Below, one piece after another: positions 9,951-20,501 of a stretch of DNA of 64,000 nucleotides (its first letter is position 1; each line of letters begins with the position of its first letter). The notes under the pieces are model-generated. The model was not told where the DNA came from and did not search any database. It saw only the letters and a list, made by a program, of their open reading frames with translations. The DNA is taken from assembly GCA_964609215.1 (NCBI GenBank), contig CAZSQZ010000009.1, positions 16,394 to 80,393 on the forward strand. Reading direction: 5' to 3'. The stretch is from an uncultured Flavobacteriales bacterium (GTDB lineage: Bacteria > Bacteroidota > Bacteroidia > Flavobacteriales_D > JABDKJ01). A program made the position numbers and the translations under genes.

Positions 9951-11323
9951 AAAGGATTTTAGTTCTTCTGTTTTGCTTTCATTTTATCCATTCATTTTCG
10001 CAGGATGATAATGATTCTTTGGTTGTAAGGTCAATTTTTGATGAGGCTTTGGTGAATGGAGAAGCCTATGATAATTTGAGATTCCTGTGTAAGAATATTG
10101 GAGCGCGTTTAAGCGGTTCAGACGCTTCTTACAAAGCCATTTATTGGGGTGAGAATTTGATGAAATCTTATGGTTTTGATAATGTGCAATTGCAGAAAGT
10201 AATGGTTCCTGTATGGAGAAGAGGATTACGCAATAGTCTTACTATTGAAGGTTTGGGAGAAGTTAATGTATTGGCACTTGGAGGATCTATTGGAACGAAT
10301 GGTCAATTGCAGGGAGAAATAGTTGAAGTAAAGAAGTTTGATCAGGCTAAAGAAATGGACCCATCTCTTTTCAAGGATAAAATTATTTTTTTTAATGAAG
10401 CCATGGATCCACGTTTCATAAGCACTTTTAGAGCGTATGGTTCTTGCTCTAGTCAGAGATATGCGGGAGCAAATGTTGCAGGAGAATTGGGAGCTAAAGC
10501 GGCTATTGTTCGTTCTTTAGGACTTTCTAAGGACAATTATCCTCATACAGGAAGTATGGGGTATATGGAAGGTGTAACCAAGGTTCCGGGTGCAGCAATC
10601 GGAACGGAAGATGCATTTAAACTGAGTCAGTTATTAAAAGACAAAAAGGTGGAAGTGAGTCTTGAATTGAGCTGTGTGCAGAAACCAGATACTTTATCTT
10701 ATAATGTAATGTGTGAGATTAAAGGGACTGAATACCCTGAGAAAATCATCCTCATCGGAGGTCATTTAGATAGTTGGGATGTCGGTGAAGGTGCTCATGA
10801 TGATGGGGCAGGAGTTGTGCAATCATTGGAAGTTTTAAGATTATTTAAGGCACTTGGAATAAAACCAAAACACACGATTAGATGTGTTTGGTTTATGAAT
10901 GAGGAGAATGGCAATAGAGGCGGAAAAGAATATGCCAAAATTGCTAAAGAAAATGGGCTTGAACATGTCGCGGCATTGGAAACGGATAGGGGCGGTTTTT
11001 CACCAAGGGGTTTCGACTATGATGGTGATGATGAGTTGCAATTTGAGAAATTTCAAAGTTGGAAAACCATACTTGAGCCTTATGGATTGCATCAATTTAG
11101 AAAAGGTTATTCCGGAGTAGATATTAGACCATTAAAGGATGGTAAAATTGCGCTATTTGGTTTGTCTCCTGATTCTCAAAGATATTTTAAATACCATCAT
11201 ACAGATGCAGATGTTTTTGAGGCGGTAGATGAAAGAGAATTACAGCTAGGAGCAGCTTCTATGGCTTCTTTAATTTATCTCATAGATAAATATGGTTTTC
11301 CTACTCCTCTGAAATTGGATTAG
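9947..11323 (+). CDS. M28 family zinc peptidase (aminopeptidase), secreted
   Basis: Signal peptide. Zinc-binding block HLDSWDVGEGAHDDGAG and a later NEENG motif typical of M28. Confidence 0.6.
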   Translation: MKRILVLLFCFHFIHSFSQDDNDSLVVRSIFDEALVNGEAYDNLRFLCKNIGARLSGSDASYKAIYWGENLMKSYGFDNVQLQKVMVPVWRRGLRNSLTIEGLGEVNVLALGGSIGTNGQLQGEIVEVKKFDQAKEMDPSLFKDKIIFFNEAMDPRFISTFRAYGSCSSQRYAGANVAGELGAKAAIVRSLGLSKDNYPHTGSMGYMEGVTKVPGAAIGTEDAFKLSQLLKDKKVEVSLELSCVQKPDTLSYNVMCEIKGTEYPEKIILIGGHLDSWDVGEGAHDDGAGVVQSLEVLRLFKALGIKPKHTIRCVWFMNEENGNRGGKEYAKIAKENGLEHVAALETDRGGFSPRGFDYDGDDELQFEKFQSWKTILEPYGLHQFRKGYSGVDIRPLKDGKIALFGLSPDSQRYFKYHHTDADVFEAVDERELQLGAASMASLIYLIDKYGFPTPLKLD

Positions 11324-11676
11324 TCAATACCAGTAAAAATTTTCTGAAAGGTTTCCCCTAAAATGGGAAGCAATTTATTTTTTCGGTTCATGGCATGAAC
11401 AAAGCCGATTAAGAGCAAAATTATTACAGACAACCACAATAAAATATTCACCAGCCAACCTAAGACTGGAATCATTTGAATCATATTTCCAACGAAGTAC
11501 ACAATTAGCATCGTGACATGCATACCTAAAGCCTGTCTCAGATGAAAAGAACTGAGTTTTGTTTTATTGTTTCCGTGTAAAATTATGGAAGCTAATAAAC
11601 CAACTATAGGAATATATCCTATAGCGGCAGCTAGCCTCCCAGAACCATCTTTTGTTTCTGAAGTGTCTTGTTCCAT
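11320..11676 (-). CDS. small integral membrane protein (DUF4870-like)
   Basis: Three predicted transmembrane helices. The N-terminus reads AIGYIPIVGLLASIIL. Confidence 0.35.
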   Translation of the reverse strand: MEQDTSETKDGSGRLAAAIGYIPIVGLLASIILHGNNKTKLSSFHLRQALGMHVTMLIVYFVGNMIQMIPVLGWLVNILLWLSVIILLLIGFVHAMNRKNKLLPILGETFQKIFTGID

Positions 11677-11741
11677 TCACGCTAAAATAAAAAAAAGGGG
11701 AACATAACATGTTCCCCTTTTCAACTAGTGTTTATTAGTGC

Positions 11742-13343
11742 TTATTTAAAAGCAATTCTCTTCGTAATAATTGCATTATTATTGAACCTTAGTTCCGCAA
11801 CATACATTCCACTTGCTAAGGCATCTTTATCCATTTGGAAAACGTTATTTTCAATCTTAACGTGAGCTTTAACCAATCTTCCGTTCAGATCATATACATA
11901 AACATCTTGGATAGGATACTCGCTATTGGTCGTAAACGTGATTTGATCAACTCCAGGATTTGGACCTACTTGTAATCCAACAAGTGATTCTGCTAACTCC
12001 TCTACTCCAACTGTAATACCTGAACCTTGCAAATCGCATCCTAAATCCAGAGTAATACATGCTCTTGGTGCATAATATCCAATAATTGTATCAATAAAAG
12101 TTCTGGCTTTTTCAGGTGTCATATCTGGGTTAAGAAATATACCAGTGGCATGATTAACGTTAGTCGCTGGATCCCAAAAATCCCATGGAGATGAATCGAA
12201 TTCAGCACCAGCAGGACGTGTAATTGGCATTAAACCATTTACAGCCATACCTGGCAATTGTGCAGAAGAAGCAGGTAGAGCACCTTCTAATTCATCCGCT
12301 CTTAGAGAAAATGGATCCACGAAATCATGTTCATACCATTCCGCATTATTCCCAAATGAATCCTGAATTCTTTGTACATCATAAGAACCTGAAACTTCTA
12401 CTACAGGTTCGTTTGTTGTAGGTACGATTAGTGTCGCAGTCTCGTAAGGAGCAAAAGGATCAGTAGGTGTTTGAATAGAGATAATAGGAGCATCTCCTGG
12501 ATCAAGCCAAGTTGAATCTCCCATAGCACCTCCTACATTTACACAAAGTTGAAAACTAGAATCGAAGCCAACATGGTTGGGATAACATAAAGTGTCTCCA
12601 GGCGGAAAAGCAGGAAAACCAGGTGGAACCACACCGAATGATGTGCCAAAAATATCTCCATTCACATCCTCAAGAACCATAGGAATAAATCCACCCATTC
12701 CATCTGGAATAAAGAATTTATTTAAAAGAACTTCTTCATATGCATGAAGTGAATTTGCGGCCAAGGAAATATATCCCCCTGTACCTTGCCCAAAAAGAAC
12801 AATTTTATTTGGATCTATTCCATGCGGATTTCCAAGTTCAGCAACCGTTCTTTTAAAATATCTGACTGCAGTTCTCGCATCTTGGACTCCTCTATAAGCA
12901 GCATTTATTAATGTTGCGGTTCGTCCAATTTGGGTTGTGTCTAGAGGGTTCCATCCTAATCTGTAGTCAATGCTTGCCACAACGTATCCCATTCTGGCAA
13001 GGCGGCTGCAAATTTCAACTGCCGTTGAATCAGTTCTTGTACCCGATACACTTCCGTTTTGTGGATGAGGAAGGAAATTTCCTGTGTGAGCGTAGATAAC
13101 CAAAGGTCTTTCAGTTTCTGTATCTCCTGCTGGCATATATAAATCAGCAACTAAAGGTTCCGGAATTGCCTCACCAACAACCCCCAATAATAAAACGGTA
13201 GCATTTACTCCATAAATCTCTGTTGTAACAGGTTCAATATCAGTGAAAATTTCATCGATATATCTTTCCGTTTGAGCATTGAGATTCATTGAGAATGCAA
13301 AACATGCTAATAAGCATAGTGTAAAAATTCTTCTCATAATCAT
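11742..13343 (-). CDS. secreted alpha/beta-hydrolase (esterase/lipase) with T9SS C-terminal sorting domain
   Basis: Signal peptide. GQGTGG serine-hydrolase-like elbow. C-terminal Por_Secre_tail (VGPNPGVDQITF...GMYVAELRFNNNAIITKRIAFK). Confidence 0.5.
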   Translation of the reverse strand: MIMRRIFTLCLLACFAFSMNLNAQTERYIDEIFTDIEPVTTEIYGVNATVLLLGVVGEAIPEPLVADLYMPAGDTETERPLVIYAHTGNFLPHPQNGSVSGTRTDSTAVEICSRLARMGYVVASIDYRLGWNPLDTTQIGRTATLINAAYRGVQDARTAVRYFKRTVAELGNPHGIDPNKIVLFGQGTGGYISLAANSLHAYEEVLLNKFFIPDGMGGFIPMVLEDVNGDIFGTSFGVVPPGFPAFPPGDTLCYPNHVGFDSSFQLCVNVGGAMGDSTWLDPGDAPIISIQTPTDPFAPYETATLIVPTTNEPVVEVSGSYDVQRIQDSFGNNAEWYEHDFVDPFSLRADELEGALPASSAQLPGMAVNGLMPITRPAGAEFDSSPWDFWDPATNVNHATGIFLNPDMTPEKARTFIDTIIGYYAPRACITLDLGCDLQGSGITVGVEELAESLVGLQVGPNPGVDQITFTTNSEYPIQDVYVYDLNGRLVKAHVKIENNVFQMDKDALASGMYVAELRFNNNAIITKRIAFK

Positions 13344-13375
13344 AGCTAATAAAAATTAATAAGTCCTAAATCTAG

Positions 13376-16201
13376 TTATTTTTTTCGGAGCTCATAAGAA
13401 ATAGAAAAATAGGCCAATCTGCCTATTCTTGGACCCCCATAAGTCTGAAATTGTCTATTGTTTAAAATATTTGTAGCACCTAATTTAAATGTGCTTTTCA
13501 ATTTTTTTGCTTTATAATTGACTTGTGCGTCCACCAAATCATAGGTTGGAATGAATCCTGTGAATTGTGGAGAGCCTTCAAAAAGAAAGCCTTCTATCCA
13601 TTTATAGTTTACATTGAAGCCAAAACTTTTTATTTCTTTATTGCCTATTTTCAGAGGGATATCTCTTCCACTAACTCCAATATTGTACTTGTGCTCTGGA
13701 GTATTAAAAGCTGGAATAATGGGATCATCATCAAAGGATTTGTTTAGCTTGTTCCAGGAATAATTACCATTGATACTATAATACTTTCTGAAATAGTAAT
13801 TCCAACCTATGGAAAATCCTTGGGTCGTAACTTGGTTTTCAGAATTGGCAGAGTACCGGAATACTTGAAGCTCATCAATTAAGGAAGTAACAGGATCTAG
13901 TTCTAAATCTATACCAATGTTAAAGCCCAGAAAGTCATCGTAGATACTGTAATAATAACCTGCGTCTAGATAAAGATTGTTATTAATAGTTGTTCGATAA
14001 CCCAACTCAAAAGTCTTAACTCTTTCCGGTTGAATAGGATCGATGCTAAAATATTCGAGATCATCTGAAAGCTGACTTCCCCTGAAGGCCTGAAAGGAAT
14101 CAAGTGTTACCAAACTATCCACACCATTTAGATTTCCAGATAAAATAGCTGGCCCAACATTTAGAAATTGGAATTGATCCGTTAAAGTAGGGTTCCTAAG
14201 TGCAGATGAGAAAGAGAAACGTATAAAGTTATTCGCTCTCGGCTTCCAGACAAAGGAAACTGCGGGAGTGAAAATTGCGTTAAAGTTCTCATTCTTATCC
14301 ATCCGTATTGTGGCATTCATAGTAACTCTATCATCAGCCAGCTTTTTCTCAATTCCTGAGTAAATTCCAAATTCTGAATTAGTAATTCGAATTCCTGCAG
14401 TATCAGAAAAGATGGTCCCATCTGATAATGGTCGATATATTCTTCCATTTGCTCCAACTGTCAATTCTTCTGTCCATTCTGGATTGAAAGTGTATTCCCC
14501 TTGAATATGAAATAGTTTAGATTTATCATAAAACATGGTTCCTCCTTCACGCTCATTATTCCTTAAGGAACGAATTCGATTAAACTCGGCCTGAAACTCT
14601 GGTGAACTTGGATCGAGAAGCACACTGTTTCCTGATCCAAAACCTGAGTTTACAGTGTCTGCTGTGATTGCATGAAATTGACTAAGAATATCTTGATTGT
14701 CAATTAACCATTGATTTGCAGCTGCAATTGAGTCAGGGTCAAAGAAAGAGATAAAATCAGGTGGAGGACCAATAATGAAATCGTCACTAAGATCAACATA
14801 GCCAGCATCCAACATCTGTGCGAAGATGTTATTCTTCCAGAAATTTGTGTAAGCACCTATCCAAGAACTCAATTCACCAGTTTGTTCTTGAAGCCTGAGT
14901 GCAGTTGCAAAGGGGTCATAGGATGAACCGGCATCTTCAGCCGTTATATAAGCCCGAACAAAATACTTATCCGTTTTCCGCAATTCTATTTTGTTCTGAA
15001 AAAATAAAATATCCTCCAATCTAAATCTGTTATCACCTTGATAAATGGTTGTTCCAGTTCCCACATTTCCTCCAACAATTAATTCCGGAGATTGCAATTC
15101 CATATCTGGCTTTAGTCTAAAATGGAATGCCAAGTTGGCTTTTAGATTTTCGGTGTCATAGTCAACAAGATCTATTTCTCTATACCCTGTTCGGTAAAAT
15201 CGACCTAAGCCAGCTTCATTCAAAACTGGAGATTCAGCAAAATTCGCAAAGGTTTCATCTCCATATATATTAACCGCATCAAAACCACCCGGATTTGATG
15301 CAGTAACTGGAGAGCCATCAACAGGATCGAAGTTTTCCGCTTCCCAATCATCGGCTGTTAAGTAGGAAATATTAAACTTATATGCCATAAACGGAAGCTC
15401 TTCATTATTATTAAAAACATCCGCCCAACGAACAGAAACTTCCGTTAAAGCTCTTTCACCTACTTTCAAACTTGCAGATAATCCTTCATGAAGAAATGGA
15501 CTTTTATTATCGATATTAATAACTCCGTTAAACGCATTTGGACCATAAAACGCAGAGCTTGCTCCAGAAATAATTTCTACTTTTTGTACATCTAGCTCGG
15601 GTGAACCTAGAAAATTTCCTAAAGAAAAATTTAATCCCGGAGCTTGATTATCCACTCCGTCAATAAGCTGCAGAGATCGAACAGGACTAGTGCTATTGAA
15701 GCCTCTGGTATTAATTACTTTAAATCCTAGACTAGCGGCAGTTAAGTCCACTCCTTTTAAATTTCCAAGTCCATCATAAAAATTATCTGCTGGTGTTTCC
15801 TTTATCGCAATCAAATCCATTGCTTCAACGGTTAATGGTCTAGATTTTTGTTTTTCTGAAATTCTTTGACCTACTATTTCAACTGATCCAATATCAATGG
15901 CTTCTGAATCTAGAAATATTTCAATCTTTTGATTTTCGCTAGTTACTTCAACCTCTTTGGTTAAATAACCTATAAACTGAACAACCAGAGTTAAAGGTAA
16001 ATCACCTTTAGTTTTAAATTGAAATGCACCATCAATATCTGTTACAGCGCCATTGGTAGTTCCTTTTTCTACAACTGTTGCTCCAATTAGTGATTCATCT
16101 AATGATTTATCTTTTACAACACCTTTAACAGTAGTTTGACCCAAAAGATTGGTACTGAGAAAAATAATAAAAGAACAAATAACACACACTTTTCCGTTCA
16201 T
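13376..16201 (-). CDS. TonB-dependent outer-membrane receptor with N-terminal carboxypeptidase-regulatory-like domain
   Basis: Signal peptide, then a CarbopepD_reg-like segment (VKGVVKD...DGAFQF), a plug, and a long beta-barrel ending in an aromatic-rich terminus (YFSISYELRKK). Confidence 0.7.
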   Translation of the reverse strand: MNGKVCVICSFIIFLSTNLLGQTTVKGVVKDKSLDESLIGATVVEKGTTNGAVTDIDGAFQFKTKGDLPLTLVVQFIGYLTKEVEVTSENQKIEIFLDSEAIDIGSVEIVGQRISEKQKSRPLTVEAMDLIAIKETPADNFYDGLGNLKGVDLTAASLGFKVINTRGFNSTSPVRSLQLIDGVDNQAPGLNFSLGNFLGSPELDVQKVEIISGASSAFYGPNAFNGVINIDNKSPFLHEGLSASLKVGERALTEVSVRWADVFNNNEELPFMAYKFNISYLTADDWEAENFDPVDGSPVTASNPGGFDAVNIYGDETFANFAESPVLNEAGLGRFYRTGYREIDLVDYDTENLKANLAFHFRLKPDMELQSPELIVGGNVGTGTTIYQGDNRFRLEDILFFQNKIELRKTDKYFVRAYITAEDAGSSYDPFATALRLQEQTGELSSWIGAYTNFWKNNIFAQMLDAGYVDLSDDFIIGPPPDFISFFDPDSIAAANQWLIDNQDILSQFHAITADTVNSGFGSGNSVLLDPSSPEFQAEFNRIRSLRNNEREGGTMFYDKSKLFHIQGEYTFNPEWTEELTVGANGRIYRPLSDGTIFSDTAGIRITNSEFGIYSGIEKKLADDRVTMNATIRMDKNENFNAIFTPAVSFVWKPRANNFIRFSFSSALRNPTLTDQFQFLNVGPAILSGNLNGVDSLVTLDSFQAFRGSQLSDDLEYFSIDPIQPERVKTFELGYRTTINNNLYLDAGYYYSIYDDFLGFNIGIDLELDPVTSLIDELQVFRYSANSENQVTTQGFSIGWNYYFRKYYSINGNYSWNKLNKSFDDDPIIPAFNTPEHKYNIGVSGRDIPLKIGNKEIKSFGFNVNYKWIEGFLFEGSPQFTGFIPTYDLVDAQVNYKAKKLKSTFKLGATNILNNRQFQTYGGPRIGRLAYFSISYELRKK

Positions 16202-16242
16202 ACAATAGATTATTAAGTTGTAGAATAGTCTTCTGTTTGAAT

Positions 16243-16725
16243 TTACCGAATTCTATCCAATGATTTTATCAGATTTTCATCTTTTTTGATAGAACGACTT
16301 GCCAAAATCAAAAATGGCAATGCTGCCACAGCTAGATAAAGTCCAATTTTATAGGTGGTTTGTGCGTTAGATCCTAAGTTTTCATTAAATGAATCTGCGG
16401 AGTAAAACAAGTAGACTATCAACCCAAGACTAAGGAGGGTATTCAAATAATTTAGTTTGATCTGAACTCCTCTTTTCTTGAAGAATAGAATGGCTATGAT
16501 AATACAAGCAACTGTTATTGTAAGCCATAAATATACAGGAAAGATAGGTTGATATCCACTCATTTCGTTCATCGAACTGGAATTAGTAGAACTATAAACA
16601 AACCCATTTTCGTTAAATTCGTACACTATAGCATCTCTACTGATTTCAGCAATGGGAAAGAAAAAAATCAACCCTAGTAAAATTGCTGCTAGCAATAGAT
16701 AAACAGTTTGAATCCTTTGAATCAT
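16243..16725 (-). CDS. DUF4293 family membrane protein
   Basis: MIQRIQTVYLLLAA N-terminus and four transmembrane helices. It sits immediately upstream of rho, as is typical in Bacteroidota. Confidence 0.5.
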   Translation of the reverse strand: MIQRIQTVYLLLAAILLGLIFFFPIAEISRDAIVYEFNENGFVYSSTNSSSMNEMSGYQPIFPVYLWLTITVACIIIAILFFKKRGVQIKLNYLNTLLSLGLIVYLFYSADSFNENLGSNAQTTYKIGLYLAVAALPFLILASRSIKKDENLIKSLDRIR

Positions 16726-16903
16726 AAAATCTCGAAAATTATTTTCAAGACGAAATTAATGGAATTTCGAAAATAATGGCAGAATTATAATACTGAATAA
16801 ATAATTCGTATAATTGCATCGGAAACGCAATCGCGATTTCATTTTTTCCTTATTACGTATTCATTCTGAATCAATCAATAACAAATTATCAAATTAAATT
16901 TTC

Positions 16904-18481
16904 ATGTACGACATTATTGAATTAAACTCTAAAAAGGTTGCTGAGCTTAGAGAAGTTGCAAAGGAGTTAAATATCAAAAAAGCAGAATCGCTTAAAAAAC
17001 AAGACCTTATTTATAAAATACTAGATGAACAAGCTGTAAACCCTTCTGCGATTGCTGTAAAGGAAGCAGCTGAGCCGAAGTCTGAAGCAAAAAAGACTGA
17101 GAAAAAAGAAAGAAAACCTAGAGCTGAGAAAAAGCCAAGAGAAAAAAAGGAAGATCAAGTAAAGGCAGATTTTAAAGAAGAACCAAAGGATGGTGATGCT
17201 CAAGTTAGTTCGGATAATGATTCAAATACTGAATCTAAATCTGAAGTAAAAACCGATCGAAGAAATGGCGATAGGAGAAATGGCGATAGAAGAGGAGACA
17301 GAAATGGCGACTCAAGAAGAAGAGAACATTCGAATAGAGGAAAAGCTGATGAACACGGTTATAATTTTGATGGAATAATTAATCAGGAAGGTGTTTTGGA
17401 AATTATGCCTGATGGTTATGGATTCTTAAGATCTTCCGACTACAATTATTTAAATTCTCCAGATGATGTTTACGTATCTCAATCGCAAATTAAATTGTTT
17501 GGACTGAAGACTGGGGATACTGTTGTTGGAGCTATCAGACCACCAAAAGAAGGTGAAAAGTATTTTCCATTAATTAAAGTAGATAGTATTAATGGTAGAG
17601 ATCCTTCTTTCGTAAGAGATAGAGTGCCGTTCAAATATTTGACTCCCTTATTTCCCGATCAGAAATTAAATCTTGCTGGAAATAATAAGAATATATCTAC
17701 CCGAATTATGGATTTGTTCTCTCCAATAGGAAAAGGGCAAAGGGGAATGATTGTGGCGCAACCGAAAACTGGTAAAACTGTATTGTTAAAAGATGTTGCC
17801 AATGCAATTGCAGAAAATCATCCAGAGGTTTACTTAATCATTCTTTTGATTGATGAAAGACCAGAAGAGGTAACAGATATGGCAAGAAGCGTAAAAGCGG
17901 AGGTCGTGGCATCCACTTTTGATGAGCCAGCCGACAGACATGTTAAGATCGCAAACATCGTTCTTGAAAAAGCAAAAAGAATGGTTGAGTGCGGACATGA
18001 TGTGTGTATTCTTTTAGATTCTATTACCCGTCTGGCAAGAGCATACAATACCGTTTCTCCGGCTTCTGGAAAAGTATTAACCGGTGGTGTGGATGCAAAC
18101 GCTCTTCAAAGACCTAAGTCTTTCTTTGGTGCAGCGAGAAAAATTGAAAACGGTGGTTCATTAACCATTCTTGCTACTGCACTCACAGAAACAGGTTCTA
18201 AAATGGATGAGGTGATTTTCGAGGAATTCAAAGGAACGGGTAATATGGAATTACAATTGGATAGAAAGCTCGCGAATAGAAGAGTTTTCCCATCAATTGA
18301 TATTCCTGCATCTGGAACAAGGCGAGAAGATCTATTAATGGATAAGGATTCGTTACAACGTGTTTGGATTTTAAGAAAACACCTAGGAGATATGAATTCC
18401 GTTGAAGCAATGGAGTTTATCAAACAAAGAATTATGGGGACCCAAAACAATGAGGAGTTCTTAATTTCGATGAACGGATAA
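16904..18481 (+). CDS. rho: transcription termination factor Rho with extended N-terminal insertion domain
   Basis: C-terminal RecA-like ATPase with Walker A (PKTGKT) and Rho Q/R loops. N-terminal SAF/OB region. A ~100 aa low-complexity K/E-rich and RNGDRR-repeat insertion precedes the core. Confidence 0.9.
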   Translation: MYDIIELNSKKVAELREVAKELNIKKAESLKKQDLIYKILDEQAVNPSAIAVKEAAEPKSEAKKTEKKERKPRAEKKPREKKEDQVKADFKEEPKDGDAQVSSDNDSNTESKSEVKTDRRNGDRRNGDRRGDRNGDSRRREHSNRGKADEHGYNFDGIINQEGVLEIMPDGYGFLRSSDYNYLNSPDDVYVSQSQIKLFGLKTGDTVVGAIRPPKEGEKYFPLIKVDSINGRDPSFVRDRVPFKYLTPLFPDQKLNLAGNNKNISTRIMDLFSPIGKGQRGMIVAQPKTGKTVLLKDVANAIAENHPEVYLIILLIDERPEEVTDMARSVKAEVVASTFDEPADRHVKIANIVLEKAKRMVECGHDVCILLDSITRLARAYNTVSPASGKVLTGGVDANALQRPKSFFGAARKIENGGSLTILATALTETGSKMDEVIFEEFKGTGNMELQLDRKLANRRVFPSIDIPASGTRREDLLMDKDSLQRVWILRKHLGDMNSVEAMEFIKQRIMGTQNNEEFLISMNG

Positions 18482-18502
18482 TTCCAAAATAAAATTTAAT
18501 CA

Positions 18503-18540
18503 AGCCTGATTCCTTTTGGTCTCAGGCTTTTTTTATTTTC
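18503..18540 (+). terminator. rho-independent terminator downstream of rho
   Basis: AGCCTGA ... TCAGGCT stem followed by TTTTTTTATTTT. Confidence 0.6.
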
Positions 18541-19085
18541 GAACCATGGAGCGAAAAAACTTTCCATTGCTGTTAGCTTTGGTTTGGCTTTTGATTAAGT
18601 CGGGAATCAAGTTTACAGATTTCTATGATCAATCCATTATTATTGGAATAGGTTTAAATCTATTGATTTTACCTTTTATAGTTCTATTTGCTATAAAACC
18701 ATATTTTAATGAGAAAGGACATAGCGGAATTTTTATAGCTAAAGAAGGGATGAAATCTGGAGCGATTTATGCAATTTGTGTAACCTTCGGAATTTTTATT
18801 TACTACAGTTTTTTAGATCCCACATTTGCAGAAAATATTGAGGAACAAAGAATAGAAGCAATAACATCGGAAATTGAAAATGCTGGTGGAATAGAAGCTT
18901 TTAGAGAACTTTATCCTGCTGTTGGAGATAAAACAGCAGAAGAGCTGATAGAGGAGGAGAAGGCGGTTTACGAGAATTTAACAGCATTCAAGTTAACTAC
19001 ATTCTCACTTCTTTGTTTAATGATTCTAGCTATCTTTTATTCCTTTTTAATGGCCATACTTTTTAAAGTACTAAACCGGTCTTAG
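18516..19085 (+). CDS. hypothetical membrane protein
   Basis: Several transmembrane helices. Likely start at MERKNFPLLL (~18546). No recognisable domain. Confidence 0.3.
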   Translation: MVSGFFYFRTMERKNFPLLLALVWLLIKSGIKFTDFYDQSIIIGIGLNLLILPFIVLFAIKPYFNEKGHSGIFIAKEGMKSGAIYAICVTFGIFIYYSFLDPTFAENIEEQRIEAITSEIENAGGIEAFRELYPAVGDKTAEELIEEEKAVYENLTAFKLTTFSLLCLMILAIFYSFLMAILFKVLNRS

Positions 19086-20442
19086 CTGCCAATTCCTTTG
19101 AATATTCATCAATATTAATTCCTCCATAGTTTCCGCTGCTCATCAAAAGCAAATTTGTATTCCTCAACTCCGTATTCTCTAATATCTCCCTAACCTGCTC
19201 GGTACAAATTACTACTTCCAAATTTTCTTTTTTAAACGCTTCTTTTATTTGCTCTATGCTTATATCATCTAGTTTTTTATGCTTAACAACATCTGGATTA
19301 AAATAGACAATTGCTCTGTCAGCAGCGTCCATTGAAGAATTATATTCCTTCAGAAAATCAGCATTTAAACTGCTGAATGTATGCAGCTCCATGCAGGCAA
19401 CCAATGTTCTGTTTGGCCATTGTTTTTTCACAGCGTTGGTTGTTGCTTTCAGTTTAGAAGGAGAGTGTGCAAAGTCCTTGAAAATTCTGAAATCCGGGCC
19501 TTCAGCCATGGTTTCCAATCTTCTAGCTGCGCCTTTAAATGTTTGAATAGCTTCATAAAACATCTTAGAGCTGATTCCAATTTTTTCACAGACCAGTCTT
19601 GCACCATTTAAATTTTGCAAATTATGATCTCCAAAAATGAGAATAGGATAAAAGCTCTCGTCATTTTCAAGAATACTTAATCCATTTTCGATATAGTGTG
19701 GATGAACAGTATAAGGCAGAATTTCAATGTTTTGGGCGTTGAGAGCGATCTCATGGAGATTTTTATCTTCTCGATAGTAAATGAGCGCGCCATTTTCTTC
19801 TATGCTATCAGCGAAAATTGAAAACTGCTCAACATAATTTTTAAATTTGGGAAAGACGTTTATATGATCCCATGCTATTCCGCTTACCAATGCAACATGC
19901 GGCTTGTACCAATGGAACTTTGGTCTTCGGTCAATAGGTGAACTCAAGTACTCATCTCCTTCCAGAATTATGATTGGAGCATCCGATAGTTTTACCATGC
20001 AGTCAAAACCCTCTAATTGTGCACCTACCATATAATCATTTTCGATGCCATGAAAATTCAAAATGTGCAGAATCATTGAAGTAATAGAGGTTTTACCATG
20101 ACTACCTCCAATAACAACCCTTGTTTTATTCTTGCTTTGCTCGAAAATATATTCAGGGTAAGAGTAGATTTTTAAACCTAGTTCTTGCGCTTTAATTAAT
20201 TCCGGATTATCAATCCGCGCATGCATCCCCAAAATAATGACATCAATTTCGTCATTTATATTTTCAGGATGCCAACCCATTTTATTGGGTAAAAGACCGT
20301 GTTTTTCTAGTCGGGATTTTGAAGGATCAAAAATTTGATCATCAGAACCGGTAACCTTATAACCTTTAAGATGTAATGCAATAGCCATGTTATGCATTGC
20401 AGCTCCTCCTATAGCAATTAGATGGATTCTCATAGTTCTCAA
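19063..20442 (-). CDS. mpl: UDP-N-acetylmuramate:L-alanyl-gamma-D-glutamyl-meso-diaminopimelate ligase (Mur ligase family)
   Basis: N-terminal IHLIAIGGAAMHNMA Mur-ligase Rossmann motif, central GSHGKTS P-loop, and a length of about 455 aa. The likely start is the internal MRIHL. Confidence 0.7.
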   Translation of the reverse strand: MRTMRIHLIAIGGAAMHNMAIALHLKGYKVTGSDDQIFDPSKSRLEKHGLLPNKMGWHPENINDEIDVIILGMHARIDNPELIKAQELGLKIYSYPEYIFEQSKNKTRVVIGGSHGKTSITSMILHILNFHGIENDYMVGAQLEGFDCMVKLSDAPIIILEGDEYLSSPIDRRPKFHWYKPHVALVSGIAWDHINVFPKFKNYVEQFSIFADSIEENGALIYYREDKNLHEIALNAQNIEILPYTVHPHYIENGLSILENDESFYPILIFGDHNLQNLNGARLVCEKIGISSKMFYEAIQTFKGAARRLETMAEGPDFRIFKDFAHSPSKLKATTNAVKKQWPNRTLVACMELHTFSSLNADFLKEYNSSMDAADRAIVYFNPDVVKHKKLDDISIEQIKEAFKKENLEVVICTEQVREILENTELRNTNLLLMSSGNYGGINIDEYSKELAAKTGLVL

Positions 20443-20501
20443 TAATACTTAAATTCAAAAGTGCATATTTGCAGAACGCGTAGAATTATTAACTGAGAAC
20501 A

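Noticed and set aside
16726-16903. Direct repeats TCGAAAATTATTTT / TTCGAAAATAATGG in the rho leader as a possible riboswitch or attenuator
   Set aside because: They are short and AT-rich, and I could not fold a convincing terminator/antiterminator pair by eye. I kept only the 13-mer observation as a low-interest finding.
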